Below are positions 9,131 through 18,860 of a stretch of DNA of 20,000 bases, piece after piece; the stretch's first letter is position 1; every line of letters begins with the position of its first letter. The position numbers were made by a program, and so were the translations under genes. Under the pieces are notes generated by a model. The model was not told where the DNA came from, searched no databases, and saw nothing but the letters and a program-made list of their open reading frames with translations. Source of the stretch: Rhizaria sp. SCN 62-66 (Eukaryota); contig MEDY01000129.1 in assembly GCA_001724265.1 (NCBI GenBank), positions 48,754 to 68,753 of the forward strand. Reading direction: 5' to 3'.

Positions 9131-10678
9131 ATGTTGCGCTCGCTCACCCGTGCCCACCGCGCCGCCGCGAAGGCCTCTGCCGCGCCCGTCGCCGCCCGCG
9201 CGCTGCTGTCCACCGCCGTGCGCGCCCCCGCGCTGCAGCAGCTGAGCGCGCTGGTGTCCGAGCCCGCCGGCGCCCACTTCGATGCCGTCGTCCTCGGCGC
9301 CGGCATCGGCGGTGTCGCGGCCGCCGTCGGCATCACGTCCCCTGCCATCACGCGCGTTACGCTTGACACCGTGCCAGTTGACGTCAACGCCGCGCCCTCG
9401 TCGACCGCGGCCGCTGTGGTTGATCTGACTACCCCGGCCGGCGAGCGTAAGCGTGTGCTCGTGCTTGAGTCAGAGGGCGACTTCTGCTTCCACTCCACGG
9501 GCCGCTCCGCCGCCATCTACTCCGAGGTCTACGGCTCCCCTGCCGTGCGCGCTCTCAGCACGGCCACGAAACCGTTTTACTACGCGCACGCCGCGTCTGG
9601 CCTGGTCAGTGAAACTCCACTCGCCGTCCGCCGACCCGCGCTGCACGTCACCAACGACCCCGCGCAGGCGGATATCAAAACCATCTACGCCGAGTCCGCG
9701 CCCTTGGTGCCCTCGCTGCGCCACATCACGCCCGCCGAGGCCGTCGACGCGTGCCCGTGGCTCATCGGCGCTACGGAGGACTTCCTCCACCGCGGCGAGC
9801 CCGCGTCTAACTTAGACGCAGAGGAGACTGAGAAGCGTCGCGCCGCCGTGATTACGGGCGCGCTGCTGGAGCCCGACGCGGCGACGATGGACGTCGACGC
9901 CATCTGGACCTCAATGACTAAGCTTGCGCGCGGCAACGGCGCCGCGTTCGTCAAAGGCGCTGCAGTGACCGACGCCACCGTCGACGCCGCTAGCAACCGC
10001 TGGACGCTCAAGATCGCCCCGTCCGAGAGCAACGCCGTGTCCCCCAACGCCGGCGAGACCGTGAGCGTGACCACGGACCTCGTTGTCAACGCGTCCGGTG
10101 CTTGGGCCGACACCGTGGCCAGCAAGTTCGGCGTCGCCCCAGTGGGGATCACTCCGATGCGCCGCACCATCATCCAGTTCGATCCCGCTGACGTGGCGCC
10201 CGCGTTTCCCGCCGCCGCGGGCTTTGCGGACAAGGACGCGTACCTCCGCGCGCAGGGCGCCTGGCCCGCTGTGTTCGATGCCCACGACACGTACTACTAC
10301 AAGCCTGAGAGCGGCCGCGTCCTGGCGTCCCCCGCCGACGAGACCCCCACGGAGCCGTGCGACGCCCAACCCGACGACTGGGACATCGCGGTCTGCGTCG
10401 ACCGGCTCAACGACGCGACGCCGTTCCGCCCGCGCAAGGTCGCAGAGAAGTGGGCCGGGCTCCGCTGCTTCGCCACTGACCGTGAGTTCGTCATCGGCGA
10501 GGATGCGTCTGCCAAGGGGTTTTTCTGGATGGCCGGGCTCGGCGGTTACGGCATCCAGACTGCGATGGGTAACGCGAAGCTCATCGCGGGGCTTGTGCAC
10601 GAGGGCAAGGTGCCGCAGGAGCTGAAGAAGTGGGGATTCGATGAGAGCAAGATCTCTCCCAACCGCTTCCGCAAGTAA
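9131..10678 (+). CDS. FAD-dependent D-amino-acid dehydrogenase (DAO family, D-arginine dehydrogenase DauA-like) with mitochondrial presequence, 515 aa
   Basis: Rossmann VVLGAGIGG; HSTGRSAA-x-Y-x3-YG-x-P-x-VRAL; VVNASGAWAD; PMRRT; YYKPE; SPADETP; WAGLRCF; GFFWMAGLGGYGIQT; C-terminal SPNRF. These are collinear with Pseudomonas DauA as I recall it. N-terminus MLRSLTRAHRAAAKASAAPVAARALLS is R/A/S/L-rich with no acidic residues. Confidence 0.88.
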   Translation: MLRSLTRAHRAAAKASAAPVAARALLSTAVRAPALQQLSALVSEPAGAHFDAVVLGAGIGGVAAAVGITSPAITRVTLDTVPVDVNAAPSSTAAAVVDLTTPAGERKRVLVLESEGDFCFHSTGRSAAIYSEVYGSPAVRALSTATKPFYYAHAASGLVSETPLAVRRPALHVTNDPAQADIKTIYAESAPLVPSLRHITPAEAVDACPWLIGATEDFLHRGEPASNLDAEETEKRRAAVITGALLEPDAATMDVDAIWTSMTKLARGNGAAFVKGAAVTDATVDAASNRWTLKIAPSESNAVSPNAGETVSVTTDLVVNASGAWADTVASKFGVAPVGITPMRRTIIQFDPADVAPAFPAAAGFADKDAYLRAQGAWPAVFDAHDTYYYKPESGRVLASPADETPTEPCDAQPDDWDIAVCVDRLNDATPFRPRKVAEKWAGLRCFATDREFVIGEDASAKGFFWMAGLGGYGIQTAMGNAKLIAGLVHEGKVPQELKKWGFDESKISPNRFRK

Positions 10679-11302
10679 GCATAAGTAAGCTTAAGCCGCT
10701 TGTGTCACTATTTGTGTTGAGACGTTTGTCGATCGGGTTATATTTGAATACATAGTTTATATATTTTTGAGATACGATGCAGTATATAAAAGCACTTTGT
10801 ATTGTTCTGTTTCATCAACTACAAGCCACTACGCATCGACACACGTACTGCAACATGATTCCAAACAACAAGAGCTTGATCACGTGTCACTGTACTGTTA
10901 TGTTTGTTGCGCTGCGAAAGAGCTGAAACGAAACATAATGATAATATTTGTAATTGTGTTTTTGTTCTTATTTTAAGTTCGAAAGCACGGAGGAAAACAA
11001 CACATCACAGTGACGCAGTATACTTATAAGTTTCTGTGAGGAGTCGCGCTTCGCTACTTTCGACAGTTTTCTTACATTTTCTTTTTCTGGTTGTTGTCGT
11101 TGTTCTTGAACTTGATGATATTTTTTCCTATTGCGTTTAAATTTCATGCTAATTCATCCTTCTACTACTCAATCACATCACTTGAAACCAATCGCTTCCT
11201 TCCCTTAATAATTCTAAGCTTTAGTAACCACAGCTTGCAGAGTCCGATTCGCGGTAATCGCTATAGCAGCTGCAATTGTGCTTATTTCGCGCCTTCAAGT
11301 AT

Positions 11303-13294
11303 TTAAAGGTCGGTGAGGTCGGTGGCAACGTAGACGTAGGGGTAGTACTCCTGGCCGCCGCCCATGGTCGCCAAATCGATATCCGCGTCGGCCTTGGAGC
11401 CGGCGAGCAGAGACGAGTTGGCGAGCCCCGAGTAGAGGTTGTTAAGCACATCACGCAGCTTCTTCTCCGAACCCTTCTCGGGCAGCAGCAGCGCGGCGAT
11501 CCACTCGGTGGACAGACCGTAGCGCAGCACCGCCTCAACGTACACGCGCATCGCAACCACGTGGGTCCACGCGACGAACGCTTCTTCGAACTGCGACTCG
11601 CACCACAGCAACAGGTGCTCCCAGCGCGCGCGGCGCTTGTTGACGAGCTCGGCCATGATGAGGCGGTTGCGCTCATCCTCGTGTGCGTCAAACTTGAACG
11701 GACGCACAGTCCACCGGTGGTCGCGGCAGATAGCCTTGAACTTCTCCACGTTGGCCGTCGACTGCGCACCGCTGTGCTCGTCGCGGTCGCGCGCGTTGCT
11801 GCTGCTGGCCGAGTCGCCCACGGCGGCGTCGGGGCGCTTGAAGAGAACGACGCGGTACAGCACGAACTCGTCACCGGGGACCTGCTCCTCGCCGACAACC
11901 TTGATGGCGGAGCCGGGGACGACAGTGGACGTGGGCACGTTGGCAGAGCTCTTCTTGTTGCCGTTGCGGTCCACGGCCTTCGCGGCGGCCGCGGGGGCAG
12001 GGGCAGTCGCAGCCGGGGAAGCGGCAGCGGCGGCGGGGGCGGCGACAGTGCCCATGGCCTTGTCCATCTCGGCCTTGCGCGCGCGCTCGCGGGCCTCGGC
12101 CTCGGCATGGCGCTCGCGCTCAGCCTGCGCCTTCTCGGCGGCCCACTGCTCGACGAGCATGTACGACGCCAGGAACTCCTGCTCCTTGAGCTTGGGCACG
12201 GCGAGGAACACCGTCGTCAGGTGAGGGGTCTCGACCACGACCTCGGGGCGCAGGAAGCGCGAGATGGGGCGGACGAGGATCGAGCCGTTTTCCTTACGCT
12301 CCTGCGCGGTGACGAGGCCCTTGATCTCGTTGAACTCGGACAGCAGGCGGCGCAGCTCCTCGTCAGACTTAGCGAAGTCGTCGACGACCTTAAGACGGAT
12401 CGTGTCGATCGAGTCCGACTCGTTGAACACGTACCGGTTCCAGCGGAACTTGAAAAACGCCTCGCGGGGCGTCTTGGCCTGGTTCGCGCCGTGCGGGTCC
12501 GCGCCGAGCGCCTCGCCGATCATGAGAGACTGCGGAACGGCGGCGGCGGAGAGCTCGTCGGCGTTGTAATCGGCTGAGTGGTTCGCGAGCAGGACACGCT
12601 CCTCGGGACGGACCTTGGAGGGCTCGGCCTTGCGGGTGTCGTCGAAGGTGCGCTTAATCTTCTTGACGAGGGCGTTCATCGACGTGTCGAGCTTGGCGAG
12701 GTCGTCGGAGAGCGCGATGAGGGTGTCGATGGTGCCGACCTTGAGCTTCGGGATGCGGAACTTGTGGTTCACGGACAGGCTGCGGGCCGCGGTGGCGTCG
12801 TCCAGACGACGCCGCGTCTGCTGCGCGTCCTTGTTCTCCGCGGGCACGGCTGTTGGGAGGACGGGCAAGTGAGGTACAGGGAGGGCAAATGGGGAGCGAG
12901 AGAGAAGGAGGGGAAATGGCAGTGGTCGGAGATTGGGGTGAGTGGGACAAGCACATCCTAGGCATGGGAGAGTGAGATAAGGACACAGGCAGGCAAAAGA
13001 GGCACAAAGGGGTACATCCGGCAACAATCATTTGGGACAAACGACTTGTGTAAATATCAGTATTTCCTGAGGTGTTCTGCGGAAAGGAAAGTCGGCATAG
13101 TGAAGCAGATGAGGAGCTGGCCTCGGGGCGCCAGTCTGCCACAGCTAGCGCGATGAAATGAAGTTGTGAAAAAGTGCTATGCTGTGCACATCGTGCTTCA
13201 GATACATGTCTAAGATGCGATTCTAGTTGCGAAGTAAAGTGACTTCATGCCGAAGAGCTGACGTACCAATGACCCAAGCGGCGTTGCTTGCCAT
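11303..13294 (-). CDS. ATP6V1C: V-type H+-ATPase V1 subunit C, 524 aa; exons 13294-13267 and 12849-11303
   Basis: KFRIPKLKVGTIDTLIALSDDLAKLD, FRWNRY, ERKENGSILVR, HLTTVFLAVPK, VVPGSA, WTVRPF, FEEAFVAWTH...RVYVEAVLRYGL, EYYPYV. A 28-nt first exon (MASNAAWVI-A|VP) supplies the typical W-hydrophobic-x-P N-terminus via a GTACGT...aaCAG intron. Confidence 0.93.
12850..13266 (-). other. Spliceosomal intron of V-ATPase C gene (417 nt)
   Basis: Minus strand attg|GTACGT ... long pyrimidine tract ... ccaaCAG|cc; phase 1. Confidence 0.85.
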
Positions 13295-13303
13295 AGAGCC
13301 CTG

Positions 13304-14278
13304 CGGACGGAAAAGACGAATGGGGACGGATACAAGAGGGCGGGTGAGCACAGAAGAGCTAAAACGCGGTGATTAAGACAGATGACTACGTGAAAAGTCT
13401 GCTCAAAAGCGGCCGGTGTCGACACGAAGGCAATAAGGACCGCCAGGATTGGGTTTTCTCGACCAAAGACGTGCACCGTCGAACCGGTCCTGCAGAGTAA
13501 ATAAGTGTGTTCAAATATGGGCAGACCAATGTCAGTCTTCGCAGCAATCCGTTGATAGAAAGAAATTCCCACCATCTACCTTCCCATAACCATTATTTAC
13601 TACTTCAACCAGCGTATGCCCGATATAGACCCATAACAAGCCGATCCCTACGTCACCCCTCTTCTCAATTCTTCTCTTCTCTGTGCCAGCCAGCAGCCGG
13701 TCGGTCGGAAAAATCTGACTGCCACACAGCGAAAAATTAGGCCTCGTTCCGAGCGGTGCCGAAGAGACGGGCCAGTTTCGTCGAGAGTCCGCCCATACTC
13801 GGCTCCAGTAAAAAGCTCAGAAGTTGTGACACACTGTATGGGGTTTGTTATGCGGTGGTCAATGTTGGATGTTTTTCATATGCCATATTTCGTGCACTTG
13901 TGCGGTATAACCACGCTTTCTTCGGGAGGTGGCGAGCACCTCGGCTTTTCAGGGGCGTCGCTTGCAGCAAAGCGGACTGTTCGCATTACGCCCGTGCATT
14001 CTTCAATGAAAATGCAGTGTAATAACAGGATACCAGTCTCATGTACCTTCCGAGCTACATCCCAACTCCGAATCCCCGGCTTTATGAGGCCCTGAGAGGG
14101 AAGGTCTGAGCATGGACCCGCGATCGAGCAATCCTCCGAGCCGGGCTTATCCCACGCTTCGCGACGCCGGTCAGGCGCACTTGCTCACTGAATCCCGCGA
14201 AACCCATCTGTGACAACGTACACACTCACTTCTCCCACATTTCCGTCCTTGTTTCTTCCTCCCATGCGTTTGTTATAA
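13304..14278. promoter_or_regulatory. Putative bidirectional promoter region between divergent V-ATPase C and citrate synthase genes
   Basis: ~975 bp non-coding spacer between head-to-head genes. Inferred from arrangement only. Confidence 0.5.
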
Positions 14279-14289
14279 TAGAAGCCGAT

Positions 14290-15732
14290 ATGTTGAAGAA
14301 CGCTATCCGCATGGCCAAGGCCGTCAAGGCCCCCGTGGTGTCCGCGCCCGCGCGCAACACCCACCTGCTCAAGGCGCGCATGGCCGAGATGATCCCCAAG
14401 CGCCGCGAGGAGTTCTCCGCCCTCAACAAGACCCACGGCGAGAAGGTCATCGACTCCGTCACCGTCGGCCAGCTCACCGGTGGCATGCGCGGTATTAAGT
14501 GCATGCTCTGGGAGACTTCCATCCTTGACGCCAACGAGGGTATCCGCTACCGTGGCAAGACCATCCCCGAGCTCCAGGCCGCTCTCCCCGGCGTTTCTCG
14601 CCCCGGACTCTCTAAGGGCGAGCCCCTCCCCGAGGCGACCCTCTGGTACCTCATGACCGGTGAGGTCCCCACCGAGGCCCAGGTTGAGTTCCTCCGCCAG
14701 GACCTCCACGAGCGCTCCAAGATCCCCGCCCACCTCAAGCACGTCATCGCGGCCCTCCCCAAGGAGACCCACCCCATGACCCAGTTCATCTCCGCCATTG
14801 CCGCGCTCCAGACCGACTCGATCTTCGCTGAGAAGTACCACACCGTCAACAAGAAGGACTACTGGGGCCCCGCGTTCGAGGACGCCCTCAACGTCATCGC
14901 CAAGCTCCCCAAGGTCGCCGCCATGATCTACAACCACTCGTACGGCAACGGCACCACCCCCGACGCCGACACCTCGCTCGACATGGCCGCCGCGTTCAAC
15001 CGCATGATCGGCTTCGGCGCTGGGGGCAAGCCCTCGATGCAGGGCTGGGTCGACGAGAAGGAGTCCAAGGACGCCTTCGACGAGTACATGCGTCTCTACC
15101 TCACCATCCACTCCGACCACGAGGGTGGCAACGTTTCCGCGCACTCCGTCCGCCTTGTGGGCTCCGCGCTCTCTGACCCCTACCTCGCCTTCTCGGCCGG
15201 TATGGCCGGTCTCGCGGGCCCGCTCCACGGTCTCGCCAACCAGGAGGTGCTTGACTGGACTCTGCGCGCGCAGAAGAAGCTCATCGACGCCGGCCAGGGC
15301 CTCAACAAGGACACCGTGCGCCAGCTCGCTTGGGACACTCTCAACTCGGGTCAGGTCATCCCCGGCTTCGGCCACGCCGTCCTCCGCAAGACGGACCCCC
15401 GCTACACCTCCCAGCGCGTCTTCGCTCAGAAGCACATGCCCAACGACGAGCTGTTCAAGCTCGTGTCCCTCATCTACGAGGTTGTTCCTGACGTGCTCAC
15501 CCAGCACGGCAAGACCAAGAACCCCTGGCCCAACGTCGACGCCCACTCCGGCTGCGTGCTTCACCACTATGGCCTCACCCAGACCAACTTCTACACCGTG
15601 CTCTTCGGCGTTTCCCGCGCCATCGGCACTCTGTCGCAGTACGTCTGGGACCGTGCGCTCGGCCACCCCATTGAGCGTCCTAAGTCCGTCGACTTCCCCC
15701 TGCTCCAAAAGCTCATCGCCGAGGCCAAGTAA
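14290..15732 (+). CDS. CS: Citrate synthase, mitochondrial (eukaryotic type), 480 aa, no intron in the CDS
   Basis: [103 protein letters not shown]; basic presequence; strong C-ending codon bias. Confidence 0.98.
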   Translation: MLKNAIRMAKAVKAPVVSAPARNTHLLKARMAEMIPKRREEFSALNKTHGEKVIDSVTVGQLTGGMRGIKCMLWETSILDANEGIRYRGKTIPELQAALPGVSRPGLSKGEPLPEATLWYLMTGEVPTEAQVEFLRQDLHERSKIPAHLKHVIAALPKETHPMTQFISAIAALQTDSIFAEKYHTVNKKDYWGPAFEDALNVIAKLPKVAAMIYNHSYGNGTTPDADTSLDMAAAFNRMIGFGAGGKPSMQGWVDEKESKDAFDEYMRLYLTIHSDHEGGNVSAHSVRLVGSALSDPYLAFSAGMAGLAGPLHGLANQEVLDWTLRAQKKLIDAGQGLNKDTVRQLAWDTLNSGQVIPGFGHAVLRKTDPRYTSQRVFAQKHMPNDELFKLVSLIYEVVPDVLTQHGKTKNPWPNVDAHSGCVLHHYGLTQTNFYTVLFGVSRAIGTLSQYVWDRALGHPIERPKSVDFPLLQKLIAEAK

Positions 15733-16553
15733 GTCACTTAACACCAGTAATGCCTTCCTCCTCGCTGGTCTCACCCTTAGCAGCTGCGACGATGTGGCTC
15801 AGTCAAACGGAGTCGTTGGTGTTGTGCCTACGTATATGGTGGTGATCGCTGATGCCGTAGCTAGCTTTGTTAGTAGTGTGTATGCCTTTGTCTTTACGAT
15901 GGGCCTGCGCGCGCTCGGCAACAGTTTGGTCGCCCTGTGTTAATTCATATTTCGTAAAATATCACATTGTAGATTGTAAGCACGACGGCGAAAACGACGA
16001 TGTTTGTGACTTTCTCTCTCTTCTTCGCACAGCTGTGACCGCTGATGTCTATCATGTGTAGCATTGGTTCGTCTGCGCTATGTGGGGCTTTATCTATCTC
16101 GACCTCACACCCCTAACAGTCGCCGACACAGTCAGCCAATCAGTCCAGGACGACAATTTCACTCTGTTTGACTGGGGGATGGCTGTGATCGGCGCACCCC
16201 GCTTCTCGCGTATACGTGCGTCTAAATATGTGTGCATGTGCGAGTGAGGCGGGCTTATTCTATTTGCGTCACTGCGTCTCTTGTGTGCTTGCTTCATTTT
16301 ATGGGCGCGCAGTGGAGACATGAGGCTAGCTTCTCAATACAAATGTAACAAATACACTTAAATACGGTCAACCAAGTCACGACTAAACATGTCACGGGCA
16401 AAAATGGGCGGACGCCAAATGTCATGTGTGTTAGCAGTTCAATGTGATGCCTACAAAACAAGTCAATAATATAATAAGCTTAAGATTATTTGTTACGTTG
16501 TGGTTGTGGTCTCTATCGCGTCACTTAGGATTGAAGCCGACGAAATATACCGA

Positions 16554-16965
16554 ATCCGCGAGTCTGGCCTTGGTTGCTACTTTCCGACTTCACGCCAACA
16601 GTGACGGCTCGATATGTTCATTCTTGTTCTTCTGCTTGTTACAATTGCTCTTGCCACTCCGATCACCTAATGCAGTCGCAGGATTGCTCGGGTTTAACAT
16701 CTTCGACGCACTATTCAATTCAACACGAATATTTGACTTAATCGCATTTGACTTAATCGCATCGTTGTTGTAAAGGCCATAACCGTTGATGTGGCAGTCT
16801 TCATCGTCGTCGCTAAAGATAAGCTTATCACCTTCACGCGCGCGCGCACCACATGCCTCGTAGAGCGCGGTCAGGGCTTTCCAAATTGGCTCTGCCGTTA
16901 CCTCGCACTCAAGCCCACATGAGCAGTGCGCGTTCACACCCTCCATACCGGCGCCACTGACACGC
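16554..16965 (-). pseudogene. Partial, frameshifted duplicate of the unknown gene at 19225-19604
   Basis: Three blocks match in the same orientation: 16554-16607 vs 19225-19278 (1 mismatch in 54), 16783-16815 vs 19407-19439 (33/33), 16821-16965 vs 19460-19604 (~20 mismatches in 145, counted by hand). The intervening segment is unrelated and shifts the frame. Confidence 0.75.
16731..16760. repeat. Perfect 15-bp tandem duplication (atttgacttaatcgc x2)
   Basis: Direct inspection; encodes AIKSN-AIKSN on the minus strand. Confidence 0.9.
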
Positions 16966-17781
16966 TGTATCTGCTTTCGTCTCATCCAGTCTCGTCTCAC
17001 CGAGTCTCAACTCATCCAGGTCGAGACGCTCACAGCAGTCGGCAGTCACAAGTGCCACTGCAGGCATGCAAGAATGTGTCAATCTCGGTTCTTACGTCGG
17101 GCGAAGCTCCCACCTTCGTGACGTCTGCAAAGCCCCGGATATCACATGAGAACGTGCTGCAACCGCAACCGTTTGGAAGACGAGACCCGCGTTAGCCGCC
17201 GGTGCCACGCGCTTTACCACAACCGCACCTTAAGAAACCATTTGTCCCACAAGACTCGAAACCGGTGCAACAAACTCTTCGCAGTCCGCAGCTTTCATTG
17301 GCTGCACCCGTTGTCTTGGACATCACATCGGCCATCGTTGATCCTACGATGACTCATGATGACAACTACGCCAACGACAACGATATTGGTACTGCTTCCG
17401 AAAGTCACGTTAACGTTAACGGCGGTGGCGAGAAGCACACCGGCGAATATGACGACTGACTCGGCGCTGCATATGACCCAGTGAGAGAAAGCGACCTACA
17501 TCTACCATGAAAAAACGAGTGAGCTCGTGATTGTTGCAAGATTTTCATGTTTATGCAAATGCTTATCCAACACTTTATTGACTGATTGACGTCGAAACGC
17601 TTCACAATAGATCATTCGAGTCATTCCATGATTTTCTCAAATCCGCAATAGGAGTATATGCTCCCATCCGTATCACACTTCCCACTCTTGCAGTAATGCT
17701 CAAAACAGCGCAACACAGCATCATCGAATGGCATGCTACTGTTGTCTGCTTTTGTTGCTGTTGTCCCCTGCACGCATAACA

Positions 17782-18676
17782 TCACGCGACCGACAGGCAC
17801 TGCACCGCGCAGGAGACTTGCTGCGCAGGGCTTAAAAACGATGAATACAGGTGTGTCAAAGGTACGCGAGCTTTGAGAAGGTACTAAACTAAACAGCGCG
17901 AATATACGAGCACTGAGCCGACTGGATGGATCAGGTCCGCGTCAGCACCAGGTGCTGTATACTCTCCGTATACGATATCAGCGTTCGGCAGCATTACAGG
18001 CATTTTGTTGAATGACACTTTCGAGTCACAGTGGTCGAGCGTGACAAAAGGCATTATTGCTGCAGTCTGACCAGGTGGCACAAAACATTGGTACACTAAC
18101 TTGCCCAAGTCGCGGGTACTTGCAGCGACGCGAAAATGGGCGGCGTTCGCGGGAAACTTTGCATCATCTAGCCGGATCACCACCTAATAACCCATAGTCT
18201 TTCGCGCGAAAGGGTCACGAAAGGGTGCCCGCATTATCAAATCCAAATGGGATGATGTCTTTAGAGTTGATGCTGTGTAAGACAAGATGCGATCACGCGC
18301 CTTTTTTTGCAGAGCACCAAGTACCGCTGACGATGGCGCGCCAAGTTGGCGCACAGGGGGCCGAAAATCCCAAAGACCAGCGACCTTAAGAGTATGCGCG
18401 ATGTGCGTGTCTAACTCGGCCTCCCACGCAGAAGACTTCAGTAAAGTAACCCACGGCACATCTCGACGTTGTCGAGCCTCCTCTTCATCTTTTGCCGTAG
18501 CTTCCTCTTCTGCTTTAGCCTAAATATATGCCCTTACTAGCAGCTTGTTACCTGAGCTACTCGAGTTCCTCCTCCAGATTCCTCTTGTCCAACTTTAGCG
18601 ATTTGATCGTTTTTTGAAAGTTGTACTAGCAATTCTGCCAACGCAGTTTCTCATCCTCCCACTCGCGTTGCAGGTT
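17782..18676 (-). pseudogene. Stop-interrupted continuation of the unknown gene (pseudogenised tail or recoded CDS)
   Basis: Continues the 35-aa repeat past the first TAG; contiguous in-frame ORFs 18184..18459 and 17884..18183 are separated only by TAG; one frameshift near 18550; first TGA at 17784-17782. Confidence 0.55.
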
Positions 18677-18860
18677 CTATGACGTCTTCTTGTCAGACTC
18701 TAGCAAGCGAATGCTGTTATCATAGTCGACCTTGCACTTCTGCCAACTCAGCTTCTCAGTCTCCAACGCGCGTTGCATGTTCTGCGACGTCTCCTTGTCA
18801 GACTCTAGCAAACGCATCTTTTTATCATAGTCGACCTTGCATTGCTGCCAAACCTTGTTC
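18576..18860 (-). repeat. 105-bp (35-aa, five-heptad) coding tandem repeat, ~2.5-3 diverging copies
   Basis: gacgtc...gtcagactctagcaa...ttatcatagtcgaccttgca...ctgcca at 18681 and 18786 (period 105). Translations: WQQCKVDYDKKMRLLESDKETSQNMQRALETEKLS / WQKCKVDYDNSIRLLESDKKTS*NLQREWEDEKLR / WQNC*YNFQKTIKSLKLDK. Confidence 0.85.

Noticed and set aside
12850-13027. N-terminal extension in the ORF track for V-ATPase C (MLPDVPLCAS...)
   Set aside because: It is the intron's pyrimidine tract; the real first exon is 13294-13267.
14075-14145. tRNA, hammerhead ribozyme or SL RNA gene
   Set aside because: No GTTCRA T-loop, no CTGATGA/GAAA core, no donor plus Sm-site combination; kept only as a weak structure note.
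287-15732. Apparent functional clustering of mitochondrial (CDGSH, DauA-like, CS) and lysosomal (Spinster, V-ATPase C) genes
   Set aside because: Mixed strands, common housekeeping categories and no convincing shared motif; likely chance.
14185-15774. 529-aa antisense ORF over citrate synthase, and similar long antisense/alternate-frame ORFs over V-ATPase C, DauA-like and SANT genes
   Set aside because: Expected shadow of strong GC3 codon bias; no independent motifs.
17340-17459. Plus-strand fragment (HVNVNGGGEK) faintly resembling the unknown gene (VNVTVTVGVK)
   Set aside because: Similarity is too short and weak to support an inverted third copy without an alignment.
18576-18860. CRISPR-like array
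   Set aside because: Eukaryotic context; repeats are contiguous 105-bp coding units without unique spacers.
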